From: Verrucomicrobiota bacterium
GTDB lineage: Bacteria; Verrucomicrobiota; Verrucomicrobiia; Opitutales; Coraliomargaritaceae
Direction: 5' to 3'
NCBI GenBank assembly: GCA_039815375.1
Contig: JBCBZJ010000007.1
Coordinates: forward strand, 32,001-96,000
Length of the DNA: 64,000 bases
In this document: positions 30,294 to 40,108 of the stretch, piece after piece
How the letters are laid out: each line of letters opens with the position of its first letter
Numbering within the stretch: the stretch's first letter is position 1
The notes under the pieces: model-generated
What the model was told of the DNA's origin: nothing
The model's database searches: none
What the model saw: the letters and a program-made list of their open reading frames with translations, nothing else
Translations under genes and position numbers: made by a program

Positions 30294-30935
30294 ATGAAGA
30301 TTGAATCAGCGAAGTTGCGGGCCAGTGCAAAGAGTTTGGAGGATTGTCCGTCGTCCAATTTTCCGGAGTTTGCTTTCATCGGGCGCTCCAACGTGGGCAA
30401 GTCTTCACTGATTAACATGCTGACCGAGCGAAAGGAGCTGGCGCATACCTCAAGTAAGCCCGGGAAGACACAACGGATTAATCTTTTCAGTGTAAACGAT
30501 ACCTGGACCCTAGTCGACTTGCCGGGCTACGGATATGCGAAACTCTCAAAGGAGAAGCAGGGCGACTTCAATCGCGACATCAGCGCCTACTTGACTGAGC
30601 GGTCGAATCTGAAGCACGTTTTCCTCTTGGCGGATTCGCAGATTGAGCCGCAAGACGGCGATTTGGCTTTTGCGAATTGGTTACAGGAGTGCGAGGTGCC
30701 TTACTCGATTATCTTTACTAAGACCGACCGTGGTTCTGAGAACAAACTGGCCAATTACAGCGATCAATTCATTGCCGAACTTGAAGCCTATGGGCTTAAG
30801 CCGAAAAATGTTTATGCCTGCTCCGCAAAGACCAAGAAGGGGCGCGGCCCAATTCTTCAGTGGATCGACAGACAGCTTCCGAAAAAAACGAAAAAAAAGT
30901 CAGGTAAGCAAATTAACCTGAACTGGATGAAGTAG
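30294..30935 (+). CDS. engB: Ribosome biogenesis GTPase YihA/YsxC
   Basis: GRSNVGKSSLIN, PGKT, DLPGYGYA, TKTD. Confidence 0.95.
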   Translation: MKIESAKLRASAKSLEDCPSSNFPEFAFIGRSNVGKSSLINMLTERKELAHTSSKPGKTQRINLFSVNDTWTLVDLPGYGYAKLSKEKQGDFNRDISAYLTERSNLKHVFLLADSQIEPQDGDLAFANWLQECEVPYSIIFTKTDRGSENKLANYSDQFIAELEAYGLKPKNVYACSAKTKKGRGPILQWIDRQLPKKTKKKSGKQINLNWMK

Positions 30936-30941
30936 GGCGAC

Positions 30942-31895
30942 CTACATCAGCTGCTTACGTTGGCTTGGGCTGAGCCATTTTGAAATCATGTCTATATCTT
31001 TGCTGGCCAGAGCAGCATTAATCTTTGTTCTTTGCACTGGATTCAGTGGTAGGTTCCTGACTTTGGAGAACTGAAGATGACGTTTCTGGTCGCTGGCGCG
31101 TGCAGAGCGGTAAGCATTAACGTCGTAGAGCCGTGCGACCGAGGTAAGTTCTTTCGGTGTTGCAGCCAAAGCTTCTATATCAGGTGCATAGACTCGTTTT
31201 GCGCATCCATGTGACTGAGCGGAGCGAACCAGTTTAGACCATTCGACTTCTTCCGGATTGTATCGAACTCGAACCACCTCACGTCCGTCCAGCCATCCGG
31301 CTTCTGTTTCGGCAACACCATCAATACTGCCAAGCTTTGCCTCACCATCCCAAAAACAATACATACTAAAGACGGCAGTTTTGAGCATGCTGGCCTCCTG
31401 TGCAGACAAGGCGACAGTCTTGAGGTATTCGGGAACAGGGCGCTTTGCAGATTCGAGCGCTTGAACCATTCGTGCCGCAGTCGCATGAGGTGTCCAGATG
31501 CGGTCTCTCCGTGGTATGATATCTTTACCATCAACATCAATGAAACGCATGACCTGGTAGTTCCATGCAGGCTCTTTAAAACGTTTCAGAATTTCGCGAT
31601 CGTGCCCTGAGGAGACATTGTTGCGAATCGCGAGTGGGACAAAATCGTTTTCGATTGCATCGACAATGAGCGGGTGTGTGAGCGTCTCTTGTCCGTATTT
31701 TACACAACCCTGACAGCCGGGCACTTCCTGGAAGAGAATCAAGATGGGTTTTCCGCTTTCCTTGGATTGCTCGATGGCTTGGTCGTAGTTTCGTAACCAA
31801 TCCACATCGCCTAGCTCTTTATGCGTTGCTGCCTGCGCGGCAGCAACGCTGATTATTAAAGATACCCCAAAGTGAAAATTTCTTAGAAGACTCAT
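30942..31895 (-). CDS. Exported VPG(C/U)xx-type thioredoxin-like protein fused to an MsrA-like domain
   Basis: Signal peptide from ATG 31895; LFQEVPGCQGC; EPAWNY; MsrA-like MYCFWDGEAKLG..DGV..TEAG..REVVRVRYNP. Confidence 0.75.
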   Translation of the reverse strand: MSLLRNFHFGVSLIISVAAAQAATHKELGDVDWLRNYDQAIEQSKESGKPILILFQEVPGCQGCVKYGQETLTHPLIVDAIENDFVPLAIRNNVSSGHDREILKRFKEPAWNYQVMRFIDVDGKDIIPRRDRIWTPHATAARMVQALESAKRPVPEYLKTVALSAQEASMLKTAVFSMYCFWDGEAKLGSIDGVAETEAGWLDGREVVRVRYNPEEVEWSKLVRSAQSHGCAKRVYAPDIEALAATPKELTSVARLYDVNAYRSARASDQKRHLQFSKVRNLPLNPVQRTKINAALASKDIDMISKWLSPSQRKQLM

Positions 31896-31944
31896 ATTGA
31901 ATATGGAGGCAGGAGCGTCCGAGTTATTCCTGAATGAGTCGTTT

Positions 31945-32823
31945 TCATATTTTGCATACAACGATACGATAGCTTGCGTAGAGAATCGCGACACCGCCAA
32001 CAAGCTCGAGTAGCGCAAACTGCTCCCCTAGCAAAGCAGCACTCAGAGCGACTGTAAGCGCAGGGGTCAGCATCTGCAAGGTCGAGCCTCTGGCCACGTT
32101 GATATAGCGAAAAGATTCGGTGATGCTAAGCTGTCCTCCGACTACCGTAATCGCAGCCAGAACGCAGAAGCCGAATGCTAATGGCTCTAGATTCAAAATA
32201 CGATCGCCGGCCATGAACACGGCAATGATCACGGTAAACACGCACTGCGCTGCAAAGATGTTTGTGGTGCTCTCGGAATGCCGCAAATGACGGATCATAA
32301 CCACGCAAAGTCCACCGGCTGCGGCCGTGCCAATACTCAGTAGATCGAAGAGTGGCTTTCCGCCATCTAATGCAGCCTCCGCAAAAATTCCGACAAGACC
32401 CAACATGGCTAAACCAATATAAACGAAATAGCTTCGGTTCAGACCTTCTTTTATTAGAATCATGGCAAAGATCGCTGCGAAAAGCGGATAGGAACCACCA
32501 ATCAAGCCAGCTCGGCCAGGTCCTAGTTCCATAATACAGATGTAATATGCAGGTATGGTCGCACCACCTAACAGTCCTCGGATGAAAAGAAGTCGGTTCG
32601 TTAGGATATGGTGAATCTGTAATTTGCCCGTGCTACCCTGCATGGTAAGGATAACGATCAGACCGACGAGTCCGCGATATGCGGACGCTACCCAGCTGTC
32701 GACACCGTGCACGGTGTTAGCATAGCTGAGAAGGATTGAGGTAGTTGCAAAGCAAAGCACCGAGGTGATTGCGAGAGCAAGACCACGTATTTCGTGGGAG
32801 CGTTGAGCTGTGGACTGTTCCAT
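31945..32823 (-). CDS. DMT/EamA family transporter
   Basis: About 10 TM in two repeats; RGLLG, PLFAAIFA..IKE, LLGE; start likely 32823. Confidence 0.88.
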   Translation of the reverse strand: MEQSTAQRSHEIRGLALAITSVLCFATTSILLSYANTVHGVDSWVASAYRGLVGLIVILTMQGSTGKLQIHHILTNRLLFIRGLLGGATIPAYYICIMELGPGRAGLIGGSYPLFAAIFAMILIKEGLNRSYFVYIGLAMLGLVGIFAEAALDGGKPLFDLLSIGTAAAGGLCVVMIRHLRHSESTTNIFAAQCVFTVIIAVFMAGDRILNLEPLAFGFCVLAAITVVGGQLSITESFRYINVARGSTLQMLTPALTVALSAALLGEQFALLELVGGVAILYASYRIVVCKI

Positions 32824-32887
32824 CGCGGATCCTTTCCGGAGCCATACCGGGGTGATCCACGTCAACAGTTTAGCTGTTCATGCAACG

Positions 32888-33002
32888 ACGGAGACCACTC
32901 GAGCAGGGTCTCCGTAATTCTTGTTTTTAGCAGTTACGACCGACCCGCTTCGTGTGCTTTCACACGAATAGTTACGAGCCAGAGTTTTACATTCAGTTGC
33001 AT
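32888..33002 (-). promoter_or_regulatory. Candidate leader-peptide attenuator upstream of the EamA gene
   Basis: uORF 33002-32934 MQLNVKLWLVTIRVKAHEAGRS*; 8-bp hairpin 32949-32968; 9-bp hairpin 32888-32915; alternative pairing possible. Confidence 0.45.
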
Positions 33003-33064
33003 TCAGCCGGTAAGAAAGCGCGGTTATTTTATAAATACAAGGCTCGAATCAGAAGACATTAGAA

Positions 33065-34603
33065 CTAGCGACCGGTTTCGGCGACAAGCTGCTGCAGGGC
33101 AGGGAGGCTTTGGCTGATTGTTTGTTCGAGCTGTTCGTCACTATAGCGCCATTGCCAATTGCCCATTGCGGCACCGGGTGTGTTGAGGCGAGCTTCGGCT
33201 CCGAGGCGCATGATGTCCTGTAGTGGGACAACAGACAGGTTTGCTCGAGACTTCATTGCTGCGCGGATAAAGTCCCACGCGATGTCTTCGCCGGACACAC
33301 AGATATAGCGGCGGACGTGCTCCTTAACATGCTCAGGCTCGCCCTCATACCAACCGACCGTCGTGTCGTTGTCATGTGTGCCGGAATAGATCACTGTGTT
33401 GGACGAGACGTTGTGCGGGAGATACGGACTATCATTGCCACCTCCGAAAGCGAACTGGAGAACAGCCATTCCGGGCAGTCCGGTCTGCCGACGAAGCGCA
33501 TCCACCTCATGCGTAATGACGCCCAGATCCTCTGCGACGATCTTTGCGTCGGGGCAGGCCTGCCGTATAGCCTGAAAGAGTTCGATTCCGGGACATTTAA
33601 CCCATTGGCCGTTCCGAGCTGTTTTTGCACCTGCCGGAACCGACCAGAAGGATTCAAAGCCGCGAAAGTGGTCGATTCGAATAATGTCGTAGAAAGCTAG
33701 ATTGGCTTTCATCCGTTCAATCCACCAGGAAAATCCAGTCTCAAGGTGCTTGTCCCAGTCGTAGAGTGGGTTACCCCAAAGTTGCCCGTCCTCGGAAAAA
33801 TAATCCGGCGGAACCCCGGCCACCGCAGTAGGGTGCAGATCTTCATCAAGCTGAAATAGTTCAGGGTTTGACCAGACATCTGAGCTATCGAGTGCGACAA
33901 AAATCGGCACATCACCGAGAAGCTCAATGCCATTTTGACCTGCATAGTTGCGAAGCTGCTCAAGCTGGGAGTGAAAGAGGTATTGGAAAAACACCTGGGC
34001 ATCTATGGCAGTCTTCAGGGCTTTGGTTTTACGCTTCTTTTTTGCTTTTGTATAGTCCCGGGAGGTAGCAGGCCATTCGAGCCAGCATTGGCCATTATTC
34101 TGAGCCTTTAGAGCCATGAAAAGTGCATAGTCGTTCAGCCAGAACGCCTGTGCCTTCTGGAAGGCCTGAACAGTGCCGTAATCGGAAACGGATTTAGCCC
34201 CGGATGCAGCAAAGTTCTCATAGGCTTTCTCGATGACTCTCCAAAAATTTTCATAGAGGTAGCCGTATTCGACTTTCTCAGTCGAAAGCCTGTTGAGCGG
34301 CAATAAATCCTCGGACGTGATCAGGCCATCCAAGAGCAGTGGCTCGAGATCAATGAAATAAGGATTTCCCGCAAATGCAGAAAAGCACTGATAGGGCGAA
34401 TCTCCAAATCCAGTGGGTCCTAGCGGACAAATCTGCCAGATTTTGACCTTCGCATCTTTCAGGAAGTTAACGAAACGGTAGGCCGCTGCACCGAAATTGC
34501 CTACACCTGTGTCTGAAGGCAAGGAACTGATATGTAAGAGGACACCAGAGGCTCGCTTATCCAGCCAGTCATAAAGCGGTTCTCCGTTCTGGTGCAGTGA
34601 CAT
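33065..34603 (-). CDS. malQ: 4-alpha-glucanotransferase (GH77)
   Basis: GVLLHISSLP, SPYQCFSAFAGN, GVPPDYFSEDGQLWGNP, RIDHFRG, AEDLG, GTHDN. Confidence 0.97.
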   Translation of the reverse strand: MSLHQNGEPLYDWLDKRASGVLLHISSLPSDTGVGNFGAAAYRFVNFLKDAKVKIWQICPLGPTGFGDSPYQCFSAFAGNPYFIDLEPLLLDGLITSEDLLPLNRLSTEKVEYGYLYENFWRVIEKAYENFAASGAKSVSDYGTVQAFQKAQAFWLNDYALFMALKAQNNGQCWLEWPATSRDYTKAKKKRKTKALKTAIDAQVFFQYLFHSQLEQLRNYAGQNGIELLGDVPIFVALDSSDVWSNPELFQLDEDLHPTAVAGVPPDYFSEDGQLWGNPLYDWDKHLETGFSWWIERMKANLAFYDIIRIDHFRGFESFWSVPAGAKTARNGQWVKCPGIELFQAIRQACPDAKIVAEDLGVITHEVDALRRQTGLPGMAVLQFAFGGGNDSPYLPHNVSSNTVIYSGTHDNDTTVGWYEGEPEHVKEHVRRYICVSGEDIAWDFIRAAMKSRANLSVVPLQDIMRLGAEARLNTPGAAMGNWQWRYSDEQLEQTISQSLPALQQLVAETGR

Positions 34604-34751
34604 GATGCTGTAAGTTGAGTGAAGGAAAGTCGCTTGAGCAGGATACAGGCCTTAAATTGCAGTAGGCTGGCTGGCAAAATACAAATTAGACATAATATAT
34701 ATTGTGCGTTATATCTGTAATTTTTGAGAGGTCTGTGATCTACTGCAGCGG

Positions 34752-35999
34752 CTATTCAGCAAGTCCCCAGCGTTTGGTGAACGGATAGTAAATAAAGACG
34801 GCTTTACCGATGACGGCTTTTTCCGGGACAAAACCCCAATAACGACTGTCAAGACTGTTGGCCGAGTTATCGCCCAGGGAAACATATGAATCTTCAGGAA
34901 CCGTAGCAATTGAGCCGGATTCGTTGAGAAGTTTTGGCATTGGACGATTAGGATCCCTAGTCGGGTATTGGTAACCGCCATATTCACCTTCACGTGCCGC
35001 GTTGCGCTCAAAAGCAGCGACTTCATCGCGTGGTTCACCATCGACTAGAAGCGTTCCGTCCCGGATTTCAAGCGTTTCGCCTCCTACGCCAGCTAAACGC
35101 TTAATATAGTATTTGTTGGTGTAATCATCACTGAAGGGCCCGATTTCCTGCTGAATTTCATCGGTCCTGAAAACGAATGGCTCTCCAGCCTTTGGCTTGC
35201 GGAAATGATAGGTAAAACGATCCACGAAAAGCGCGTCGCCGAGCGTAATATCAAATCGCAGAAGATCCTCCCCGGCTTGAACAGTTTCACTGAGGTTAAA
35301 AACAAGACCCGTGCCTGCGGTATTTTGTTCTATTCTTGCTTTCGAGAAATCGAAAGCTTTCGCAAAAGTGCTGTTCATGTCGAACTCGGCTGGCACCGTA
35401 ATCGTGTGCGGCACGCCGTCTACAAGTAATGTATATTGCGCACGAATAGCCGGCAGGACAAAAAACTTCCGGCCTTTAACTTTTTCCACGTATGGACGTG
35501 GTGAGCCGTCAGGATCGACAGAAATCGGAATCTGGATGTTACCACTTGTGGTTGCGGTAACCGATTTGTGCCGCGCACCTAAGGTTGCAAACCGGAAAAG
35601 CTTTTTGAGTATCGCCGGCTCATTTTCACCCTCTTCATACATCACCGCATTCATCCCGCTGTAGGTCGGATACATGGAATTTGTCGGGATAATGAAGGGC
35701 TGGAAAAAGAAGGTTCGAATGCCAATGACGATGATGGCAGCGACTAGCGCAACTTCGATGTTATCATTCCAAAAAGTCTTAGGATACATCTTGCCGCCAA
35801 TCTTCTTGAGCAAGCCGTCGAGTCGCTTCATGGCAGCTTCAAGCTGTTCGGCCGCACCGGCTTTCATTGTAGAGTGCACTTCGCCGACTGCTTTGTCCAA
35901 TTCATCGAGTCGCCCCTCGGGAATGACATCCTTGCGGTAATGATAAATTTTGTTGGCCGCATGGAGAAGCTCTCTGGCTTGTTTTCGAAGCTGTTTCAT
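34752..35999 (-). CDS. lepB: Signal peptidase I with long N-terminal helical extension
   Basis: PFIIPTNSMYPT (catalytic Ser), YIKRL (Lys), GDNSANSLDSRYWGFVP; follows lepA. Confidence 0.93.
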   Translation of the reverse strand: MKQLRKQARELLHAANKIYHYRKDVIPEGRLDELDKAVGEVHSTMKAGAAEQLEAAMKRLDGLLKKIGGKMYPKTFWNDNIEVALVAAIIVIGIRTFFFQPFIIPTNSMYPTYSGMNAVMYEEGENEPAILKKLFRFATLGARHKSVTATTSGNIQIPISVDPDGSPRPYVEKVKGRKFFVLPAIRAQYTLLVDGVPHTITVPAEFDMNSTFAKAFDFSKARIEQNTAGTGLVFNLSETVQAGEDLLRFDITLGDALFVDRFTYHFRKPKAGEPFVFRTDEIQQEIGPFSDDYTNKYYIKRLAGVGGETLEIRDGTLLVDGEPRDEVAAFERNAAREGEYGGYQYPTRDPNRPMPKLLNESGSIATVPEDSYVSLGDNSANSLDSRYWGFVPEKAVIGKAVFIYYPFTKRWGLAE

Positions 36000-36032
36000 C
36001 TCAGTAGTAGCATGATTGATGATTCGTAAACA

Positions 36033-37844
36033 TCAAGAACCGCCATCGGAGGTTTTGAGAATTTTGATAAAAGCATCCTGCGGGATGGAAACGCTTCCGA
36101 TATTTTTCATCCGCTTCTTACCCTCTTTCTGTTTTTCAAGAAGTTTACGCTTACGCGAGATATCACCACCATAACACTTTGCCGTAACATCCTTACGGTA
36201 AGCGCTAATGGTTTCACGTGCTAGAACTTGACCACCCACTCCAGCCTGAATCGCAATTTTGAACATTTGGCGCGGAAGAATTTCCTTCAAGCGTTTGCAG
36301 AGGGCACGTCCCCTGCCCTCGGCTTTGTCTTTGTGGACGATGGAGGAAAAGGCGTCGACTTGCTCCTGATTTACGAGGATGTCGAGTCGGCATAGTTTGG
36401 CTTCTTCGTAGCCTGCCATCTCATAATCCATTGAGCCATAGCCATGGGTGATGCTTTTCAGGCGGTCATTGAAATCGACGAGAATTTCGTTCAGTGGCAG
36501 CCGACAGACCAGCATGACGCGCGAGTCGTCGATCGTCTCAGTGTGCTCACATAGGCCGCGCTTTTCACTGACAAGCGCAAGCACATCACCAATGGATGAA
36601 CTCGGAATGTGAATCGAGGCCGTGATCATAGGTTCCTCGATAAAGCCGATTTCAGCTGGGTCCGGTAGAAAGACCGGATTGTGGACGTCGAGCTTTTCGC
36701 CATCCGTCTTCGTCACATGGTAGACGACGCTCGGATAGGTTGAAATAACATCGAGGTCATATTCACGCCGAATGCGCTCCTGGATAATCTCCATGTGGAG
36801 CAGTCCTAGAAAGCCGCAACGAAAACCGAAACCAAGCGCAACTGAATTTTCCGATTGATAAACAAAAGCTGCATCGTTGAGGCGGAGTTTACCCATCGAC
36901 GCCTTCAGTTTATTGTAATCACTCGTATCGATCGGGTAAATACCGCTGAATACCATAGGGCTGACCTCTTTGTAGCCAGGTAACATTTCCTCGGCGGGGT
37001 CGTTCGCCAGCGTAATGGTATCGCCTAGTTTAATATCTGCGACATCGCGGATGTTGGTCACAATGTAACCTACATCGCCTGCAACGAGTGCGCCTTGCTT
37101 CGTCATTTCAGGCGAGAATTTCCCCACCTCTTTGACTTGTGCTTTCATACCATCGCTCATGGTAATGATACTGTCGCTGTTCTTAACCGAGCCAGAAAAC
37201 ACACGGACATAGCAAATTACACCTTTGTAAGCGTCGTAGATGCAATCAAAGATAAGAACACGGAGCCCATTGACTTCTGCCCACCTAGGCTTTGGAACTC
37301 TTGCAACCGCAGCCTCCATCAAGTCTTCGATGCCGATGCCGGTTTTTCCGCTAGTTAAAACTGCTTCTTCGGCAGGAATCGCGAGCACATCTTCAAGCTG
37401 ATGCTGAATCGCCGGGATATCTGCTCCCGGAAGGTCGACCTTGTTGATGACCGGAATAATCTCCAGCCCCTGCTCGACCGCAAGATGAGCATTGGCTACA
37501 GTTTGCGCTTCGATGCCCTGGGCTGCATCAATCAAGAGCATTGCACCTTCACAGGCTGCGAGACTACGAGAAACCTCATAGGAAAAGTCGACGTGGCCAG
37601 GAGTATCAATCAGATTGAAGGTATAGTCTTGCCCGTCCTTCGATTTGTAAACCATCGAAACAGGGTGACTTTTGATCGTGATGCCACGCTCTCGCTCCAA
37701 ATCCATCGAATCGAGCAACTGGTCCTTCATTTCGCGCATTTCCACAGTGCGGGTGAGCTCTAGAATTCGGTCAGACAGAGTCGTCTTCCCGTGGTCCACG
37801 TGAGCAATAATGCAGAAATTTCGCGTATGGTTGAGGTCAGTCAT
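36033..37844 (-). CDS. lepA: Elongation factor 4
   Basis: RNFCIIAHVDHGKTTL, GFRCGFLGLLH, KCYGGDISRKRKLL; start ATG 37844. Confidence 0.98.
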   Translation of the reverse strand: MTDLNHTRNFCIIAHVDHGKTTLSDRILELTRTVEMREMKDQLLDSMDLERERGITIKSHPVSMVYKSKDGQDYTFNLIDTPGHVDFSYEVSRSLAACEGAMLLIDAAQGIEAQTVANAHLAVEQGLEIIPVINKVDLPGADIPAIQHQLEDVLAIPAEEAVLTSGKTGIGIEDLMEAAVARVPKPRWAEVNGLRVLIFDCIYDAYKGVICYVRVFSGSVKNSDSIITMSDGMKAQVKEVGKFSPEMTKQGALVAGDVGYIVTNIRDVADIKLGDTITLANDPAEEMLPGYKEVSPMVFSGIYPIDTSDYNKLKASMGKLRLNDAAFVYQSENSVALGFGFRCGFLGLLHMEIIQERIRREYDLDVISTYPSVVYHVTKTDGEKLDVHNPVFLPDPAEIGFIEEPMITASIHIPSSSIGDVLALVSEKRGLCEHTETIDDSRVMLVCRLPLNEILVDFNDRLKSITHGYGSMDYEMAGYEEAKLCRLDILVNQEQVDAFSSIVHKDKAEGRGRALCKRLKEILPRQMFKIAIQAGVGGQVLARETISAYRKDVTAKCYGGDISRKRKLLEKQKEGKKRMKNIGSVSIPQDAFIKILKTSDGGS

Positions 37845-37979
37845 GAAAGAGGTGAAACGGGCTAAAATCATGCACCCTGCGAAAAGTTCAATCCTCTTTA
37901 TAAGACTTTAGCCCAAGTTAGGCAATGAACTCAAAACGCACTTTACCTGACTGTCCGATTCTGGAAACGTCATCAGCAT

Positions 37980-39266
37980 ATGTCAGAAGCCTCGAAGCTA
38001 AACATCCTTGTTGTCGGATCCGGCGGTCGCGAACACGCGCTGGTTCAAAAATGCCTCCAAAGCCCACTTGCAGAGCGGGTGATTGCTGCACCTGGAAACG
38101 GTGGCATGGCAGCGGAGATCGATTGTTTTGAGGTCTCGGTAGAAGATATTTCAGGCTTGGTGGAGCTGGCTAAAGCAGAATCCGTCAGTCTTGTCGTGGT
38201 TGGGCCGGAAGTGCCACTCAGCCTCGGCCTCGTCGATGCCATGGCCGAAGCAGGTATACCTGCATACGGGCCGAATCAGGCTGGTGCACGCCTCGAGTCG
38301 AGTAAGGTCTTTTGCAAGGACTTCTTTGCACGTCACAATATCCCCACTGCCAAATACGCAACCTTTACAGAAGTTGGGCCAGCTCTGGTTTACCTTGAGG
38401 AGCACCCTGCCCCGATTGTGATCAAGGCGAGCGGTCTTGCTGCCGGAAAAGGCGTCATCATGGCTGAAACGCAAGAGGAAGCTATACATGCCGTTAAAGA
38501 TATGCTCGAGGGCGACGCCTTCGGGACCAGTGGCAAGGAAATCGTGATTGAAGAGACGCTCTACGGCGAAGAGGCCTCCATTCATGCGATCGCATCCGGT
38601 GAAACCTTTGTCTGCTTGCCGCCAAGCCAGGATCACAAACGTGCCGGCGAAGGCGACACAGGCCTGAATACAGGTGGTATGGGGGCCTACACGCCAACCA
38701 GCAAGGTCACTCCAGCCATGCAGGTTGAAATCGAAGAACAGGTCATCCGCCCTACTCTTGCGGGCCTCAAAGCCGATGGCATCGATTATAGAGGCACTCT
38801 CTATGCAGGGCTCATGTTGACCGAATCGGGTGTCAAAGTGCTCGAATATAACGTCCGTTTCGGAGATCCGGAAACTCAAGTTCTCCTCCCTATGGTCGAC
38901 GACGATCTTGTTCCGATTCTCCTCGCAGCCGCCAAAGGTGAAGCCTTGCCCGAACGCCTCTCGGTCAAGAACGGTGCTGCGATGGTGGTAGTTTTGGCTG
39001 CAGGCGGCTATCCAGGCTCTTATGCAAAGGGCAAAGCGATCAAGTTACCGGAAATATTACCCGAAAACAGTGCCGTCGTGCATGCAGGCACAGTCCTCAG
39101 CCAAGACGGATCGATTAGAACCTCGGGAGGTCGGGTCCTTGGTGTCAGTGGGCAGGCCCCAAGTCTCAGGGAGGCTTCCAAACTCGCTTATTCGGTTTGC
39201 GATCAAATCGAATTCGACGATAAATACCTTCGCCGCGATATAGGTCACCGCGAGCTCAACCGCTAA
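37980..39266 (+). CDS. purD: Phosphoribosylamine-glycine ligase
   Basis: GSGGREHAL, GLAAGKGV, QDHKR, NTGGMGAY, EYNVRFGDPE. Confidence 0.98.
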   Translation: MSEASKLNILVVGSGGREHALVQKCLQSPLAERVIAAPGNGGMAAEIDCFEVSVEDISGLVELAKAESVSLVVVGPEVPLSLGLVDAMAEAGIPAYGPNQAGARLESSKVFCKDFFARHNIPTAKYATFTEVGPALVYLEEHPAPIVIKASGLAAGKGVIMAETQEEAIHAVKDMLEGDAFGTSGKEIVIEETLYGEEASIHAIASGETFVCLPPSQDHKRAGEGDTGLNTGGMGAYTPTSKVTPAMQVEIEEQVIRPTLAGLKADGIDYRGTLYAGLMLTESGVKVLEYNVRFGDPETQVLLPMVDDDLVPILLAAAKGEALPERLSVKNGAAMVVVLAAGGYPGSYAKGKAIKLPEILPENSAVVHAGTVLSQDGSIRTSGGRVLGVSGQAPSLREASKLAYSVCDQIEFDDKYLRRDIGHRELNR

Positions 39267-39278
39267 AGACCTCCTAAT

Positions 39279-39758
39279 ATGCCGGAACGTAACCTAATCT
39301 TAGCCATATGCACAGGTAATACTTGCCGCAGTCCGATGGCGGAGAAGTTACTACAGCATGCTCTTGCAGCTGAGGGAGCACCTTTGAACAGGCTTACTGT
39401 CGTGTCTGCGGGAGTCGCTGCCGGTTCATGTGAACCTGCCTCTGAAAATTCCGTTGCTGCAATGAAAAAGGTAAAGCTCGACCTGACTGATCATGAAAGC
39501 CAGCTGCTAACCGCTGAATTACTCAATCGAGCCTTCGCCGTATTCGGCATGACTAGCTCCCATTTGGACATCCTAAGGCATTACTTTTCTGAATTGCCGG
39601 AACGCGTGCACCTTCTTCGCGGTTTTATGAGCAGCGAAGAAGACGATCAGATTCCAGACCCCTTTGGAAAGGATTTTGACGCCTACAGCGATTGCCTGGA
39701 CTCGATGATTGAGGCCATTCCTTCTGTTGTTGCGTATCTAAAAAACGAATACAAATAG
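39279..39758 (+). CDS. Low-molecular-weight protein phosphatase (YwlE-like, probable pArg phosphatase)
   Basis: P-loop CTGNTCRS, SAG, IPDPFG. Confidence 0.85.
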   Translation: MPERNLILAICTGNTCRSPMAEKLLQHALAAEGAPLNRLTVVSAGVAAGSCEPASENSVAAMKKVKLDLTDHESQLLTAELLNRAFAVFGMTSSHLDILRHYFSELPERVHLLRGFMSSEEDDQIPDPFGKDFDAYSDCLDSMIEAIPSVVAYLKNEYK

Positions 39759-39760
39759 CC

Positions 39761-40108
39761 ATGCCACTCCTACAAGTCACCTCCAACATCCCACTCACTG
39801 AAGCTGAGAAAAGCAACGCGTTGCAAACTCTCTCGAAGACTGCATCTGAGCTTCTCAGCAAGCCTGAAGATTACGTGATGACAAGCTGGACTACCGCTAA
39901 AATGACTATGGCGGGAACCGATGCACCTGCGGTTTTCCTCGACCTGCACAGCATCCGTCTGCCTGAAGATGCGACTTCACGGCTTAGCAAGGAACTTTGC
40001 GAATGCCTGAGTCTCACCGTCGACGTTCGACCTGACCGAGTCTTCCTTAATTTTCACGATGTCGCCCCATCGATGTGGGGATGGAATGGAAAGACCTTTG
40101 GTGACTAA
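39761..40108 (+). CDS. MIF/phenylpyruvate tautomerase family protein
   Basis: N-terminal catalytic Pro (MPLLQVTSN), KPEDYVM, WGWNGKTF. Confidence 0.88.
   Translation: MPLLQVTSNIPLTEAEKSNALQTLSKTASELLSKPEDYVMTSWTTAKMTMAGTDAPAVFLDLHSIRLPEDATSRLSKELCECLSLTVDVRPDRVFLNFHDVAPSMWGWNGKTFGD

Noticed and set aside
34691..34706. AT-rich imperfect palindrome CATAATATATATTGTG upstream of malQ
   Set aside because: Low complexity and no second copy to support an operator
38151..38879. 242-aa antisense ORF over purD (and similar ones over pheT and gatA/gatB)
   Set aside because: Antisense shadows of well-supported genes
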